DNA from: Planctomycetota bacterium
GTDB taxonomy: Bacteria; Planctomycetota; B143-G9
Direction: 5' to 3'
Assembly (NCBI GenBank): GCA_034521065.1
Contig: JAXHMW010000010.1
Coordinates: forward strand, 25,264-89,263
Length of the DNA: 64,000 nucleotides
Shown in pieces: positions 60,923 to 64,000 of the stretch. Positions within the stretch are counted from its first letter, which is position 1. The number at the start of each line of letters is the position of its first letter. The notes under the pieces are model-generated. The model worked only from the letters and a program-made list of their open reading frames with translations, was not told the DNA's origin and did no database searches. The translations under genes were made by a program, and so were the position numbers.

Positions 60923-63265
60923 TCAACTCATTTGGCAGCTTTGGATATGGCGAAATTGTGGATTCACTTCTAGTGCCACTCTATCATGATGTTTTCTTCT
61001 TCTAACATTGATGCTGTAAAGACCTGTATTTAGGCGAAGAACCCCTTGTTCCATTTCACAACTGTAATGGATGGCTAAAGATACACTCTTCTTAGATTTC
61101 GCTTCCGCAACTCTAATCTCATTCGTATCAAGGTTTACTGCAACGAAGTAGTGAATGGTAGCGTAATGGCTTTCCCTCGGCACAATAATGGTCTTGAGAG
61201 TGTTAAAGTCTTGCCAAAACCGCAATCGCCCGAATTCTGAATTGATAGCGTTAAATGCGTATCCTATTCCAAAGCCATACCCAGAACCTCTAATGTACGG
61301 ACCGGGTAGAGTTGTAGTGTCGCATGCAAGGAAAAAGACTGTTCGCCCATCCTCTTCTTTATGGTCTCCGTTTTGCATTTCAGGCAAAGACGAACTAACT
61401 GAGTACAAACGCTTGACAATCCGGAAAGTCCTTGCATATAGTCGACCCATTACCATTCCTTTGACAAACGAGAATTGGCTTTTCGTAAGAGCCTCATCGC
61501 TTTTTTTCTCGACAATCAACCGCCAGCCGTCTTCTGCTTTGTTCTCAAGAAAGCCAAGGGAAAGCGTTGCCCCTTTGTGAACTGCAATTGTTGTATCCTT
61601 GCACTCAACTGGATCTTCGTTTGAACCAAAACCGAGCAATTTGCCATCTTTGTAGCACTGAATGACAGAGCACAATTGCCTTACTGCTTGGCACTTATAG
61701 CTTCTCCTCTCATGGTCTGTGATGCTGAAAACAGAGACTTCTCCACTACTGGTTTCAGTACAATGCTCGTATCCAAGGCCGACAACGACCTGGCCTGCAG
61801 ATGCCAATACGTAGCACGGAGAGCTTACTTCCCTTCCGAGCGATCCGATTTCTGTCAAAGCAAAACTGGCATCTTTGAGCACTGCCTTAATAACACTGCC
61901 GCTGGACGTGACTATCGCCACATAAGAATTGTCTTCAGAAACAGTTACAGCAACAGAGCTGCCGTATTGCTCAGGGAGTACAAGATCACAGAATCGGGAC
62001 ATCTTGAGCTTATCACCAAAACGTTGGTAACCCGCATAAACGTAGCACCCAAATGAGGCAGGCCCTGAAGGCAACAATGTGAAGTCCGGGGTAGTACAAG
62101 TCAAACGTTGTTCCGGAATAAACAAGTGCCTTTGTAGTGTGTTTTTCACATTGCCAGCACTGTCCAGAGATACAAGATGCCCCCAGGATGTTCGAGCAAC
62201 TGCTCCATCCCTGTATTCGTGAACTTCCTCAATTCCCGTGTAAGAGGAGACCACCTCACCGCTGGAGTAATCAAACAAATGAGAACAGCCTGCAAATGAG
62301 CCCATTAGCTTGCCGTTGCCAAGACGCACCCCGTCAATCAGTGAATACAGAAGCTCAGAAGAATCAATTCTGACACATCCAACGAATTCACCGCTCTCAG
62401 TGTCAAATCCTGCTGAGAAGAACTGCTCAGGTTTCGTTCTGTTTCCCTGAGCAAAAACGAAACTCACGAGCCCTCTGTCCTCAACTGCATTTACGAGGGA
62501 ATATTGTGCGTTTTCATCATAGAACTTCCCAAGCACAACGGATAGGTCAGCCGAGGTTTCTTTTTGTCCAAATCTTACGTCAACGCGTTCACCATTAAGA
62601 ACTGCGTGAGAGAGGGATTCCTTGTTGTCAAAGTACACTCTTGTGCCAGTTGCACCTTCGATTATCCTGTGATTTGCGAGTCTAAGCTCTGAGACCTGAA
62701 TGTCATAGAGGTGAACTTCCTCACCAGAACGCACGAACAGAATCCGCTTATCTCCTCCTTTGATCATCCGAATCTCAGCGTCATTTGTGTCCACATACTG
62801 AATGAAGTCCTTGAACTTCACTTCAAGTTTCTCATTACGACGATATTGCATACTATGAAGATAGAGATAGATGCCCCGTTCTTCATCCCACCCCCCCCAA
62901 TCGTAGCCCAAAAACGACTTCTTACCAATCTGCCCAAGGAAGTTGTGCGATGTTGGTACGGGGAAACCTAAAGTCCAGCTCGTTACTGTTCTGGTTGAGA
63001 TGTTGTAAAATCTGCCTTTCCTTGATGATTGTGGCACAGAGTCACCAACAGAAAAGAGCAAATCCCCAAAAATATCATCAATAAGGCCGAAACACAGAGA
63101 GCCTGTTGGAGTTAAGTGCTTTGGAGTTTTCTCTTCAGTATGCAGATGTGGATACTGGTCGCAGACTGCATAGAGAAGAACAATAAACAGCAGACTTGCA
63201 GCTACAGACCTGCCAAAGAAACTCCGAGAAGATGTTCTGCCGGCAAAAAAAGAAGAAGTTATCAT
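60923..63265 (-). CDS. Exported beta-propeller-like protein (candidate immunity, module C)
   Basis: AAGGAG RBS 10 nt after the upstream stop; N-terminal TM; LFDYSSGEVV and LVSLDSAGNV motifs. Confidence 0.7.
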   Translation of the reverse strand: MITSSFFAGRTSSRSFFGRSVAASLLFIVLLYAVCDQYPHLHTEEKTPKHLTPTGSLCFGLIDDIFGDLLFSVGDSVPQSSRKGRFYNISTRTVTSWTLGFPVPTSHNFLGQIGKKSFLGYDWGGWDEERGIYLYLHSMQYRRNEKLEVKFKDFIQYVDTNDAEIRMIKGGDKRILFVRSGEEVHLYDIQVSELRLANHRIIEGATGTRVYFDNKESLSHAVLNGERVDVRFGQKETSADLSVVLGKFYDENAQYSLVNAVEDRGLVSFVFAQGNRTKPEQFFSAGFDTESGEFVGCVRIDSSELLYSLIDGVRLGNGKLMGSFAGCSHLFDYSSGEVVSSYTGIEEVHEYRDGAVARTSWGHLVSLDSAGNVKNTLQRHLFIPEQRLTCTTPDFTLLPSGPASFGCYVYAGYQRFGDKLKMSRFCDLVLPEQYGSSVAVTVSEDNSYVAIVTSSGSVIKAVLKDASFALTEIGSLGREVSSPCYVLASAGQVVVGLGYEHCTETSSGEVSVFSITDHERRSYKCQAVRQLCSVIQCYKDGKLLGFGSNEDPVECKDTTIAVHKGATLSLGFLENKAEDGWRLIVEKKSDEALTKSQFSFVKGMVMGRLYARTFRIVKRLYSVSSSLPEMQNGDHKEEDGRTVFFLACDTTTLPGPYIRGSGYGFGIGYAFNAINSEFGRLRFWQDFNTLKTIIVPRESHYATIHYFVAVNLDTNEIRVAEAKSKKSVSLAIHYSCEMEQGVLRLNTGLYSINVRRRKHHDRVALEVNPQFRHIQSCQMS

Positions 63266-63274
63266 CTTGACTCC

Positions 63275-64000
63275 TTAGTTTCCGCTCTGTCGACGTCGAG
63301 CAATGTTAATACGAGATGCTCCCTGAACATTCGCAATCTGCTCCTTCCATTCTGGTCTTGGTTCAGAGTAAATCCGATAGTTCGCAGCAGCATTACCTTG
63401 AGGTTCTTCACAGTGTTCCATGACATATTCCTGACCCGGTGACTTTGGACCAACTCGTGAAGGGCCTTCCCCAGTGTCATGCAGGTTGAAGCTGAAGCCC
63501 GGCTGAAGCATATCTCCAATCTGAAGAGGTGGCATTCTGAATTTTTCATCTAACTCGATTGCGCCATTCTTGATTGAGACTGTATTGTCCACCGGCTCTA
63601 TATTCTCCCACGTTGTTGACCATGCATCGTACATTATCGTGATAGATACTGTCACCGTGTGCTCATCCAGATACTTTGTAATTGCATCCGCGTACTTCTG
63701 CTGTGCGGACAAGCCATTACCATCAGGATCGTCTTGAAAGGAACTAGGGTATATTCTTGTAGCTTTGTAAAAGCACCCAGAGACTGACTGGACCATCGCT
63801 TTTCGTGCGTTTTTATCTGGGAACTTCGCCGCGATATCTCGTAATTCGGGTTCGTCAGGACCAATACAGCCCATACCAGATGAACCAATAGCACCTATCC
63901 TTTCTTGTTTGTCTTGTTTTCCATATTCAAATGTACACTTTGAATCACCATCCACTAATACCTCGCCAAATACCTCCTTGTATTTGACGCACAGATCCCA
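63275..64000 (-). CDS. C-terminal part of a hypothetical protein, probably polymorphic protein C; runs off the window end
   Basis: Frame open to 64000; same position relative to a propeller gene as proteins A and B. Confidence 0.6.
   Translation of the reverse strand, partial: WDLCVKYKEVFGEVLVDGDSKCTFEYGKQDKQERIGAIGSSGMGCIGPDEPELRDIAAKFPDKNARKAMVQSVSGCFYKATRIYPSSFQDDPDGNGLSAQQKYADAITKYLDEHTVTVSITIMYDAWSTTWENIEPVDNTVSIKNGAIELDEKFRMPPLQIGDMLQPGFSFNLHDTGEGPSRVGPKSPGQEYVMEHCEEPQGNAAANYRIYSEPRPEWKEQIANVQGASRINIARRRQSGN

Overview
Bacterial window from what looks like an uncorrected long-read assembly: many single-base frameshifts fall in homopolymers inside otherwise intact housekeeping genes. The lineage is probably Planctomycetota-like (weak inference). 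1-11 kb is GC-rich core: endonuclease IV, mreBCD, rnc, ackA, a degenerate 3-hydroxyacyl-CoA dehydrogenase and korAB. 19.7-24.4 kb and 29.8-40 kb hold GC-rich secreted or surface proteins (Ig/RCC1 lipoprotein, Gly/Asp-repeat protein, alpha/beta hydrolase, outer-membrane beta-barrel, WG-repeat protein, C25 peptidase with CFI-box-CTERM). Between and after these lie AT-richer accessory islands (11.4-19.3, 24.5-29.5, 40-64 kb) packed with IS5-derived MITEs, IS3 ends, RHS/YD shards and intact orphan exported proteins. The main observations are four. (1) A tandem array of polymorphic modules at 49-64 kb: a conserved Pro/acidic N-terminus of about 160 aa joined to unrelated C-termini, each followed by coupled exported beta-propeller-like genes, resembling a toxin/immunity system. 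(2) Orphan immunity-like genes that keep only the last codons of their upstream partner, cut at IS ends. (3) A mobile 99-100 bp repeat ending in a covarying GCA-triloop hairpin, found in tandem arrays and as a clean insertion with no target duplication. (4) Two candidate defence loci: membrane protein plus SF1 helicase-nuclease, and NDT plus dGTPase. No rRNA, tRNA or CRISPR array was recognised.
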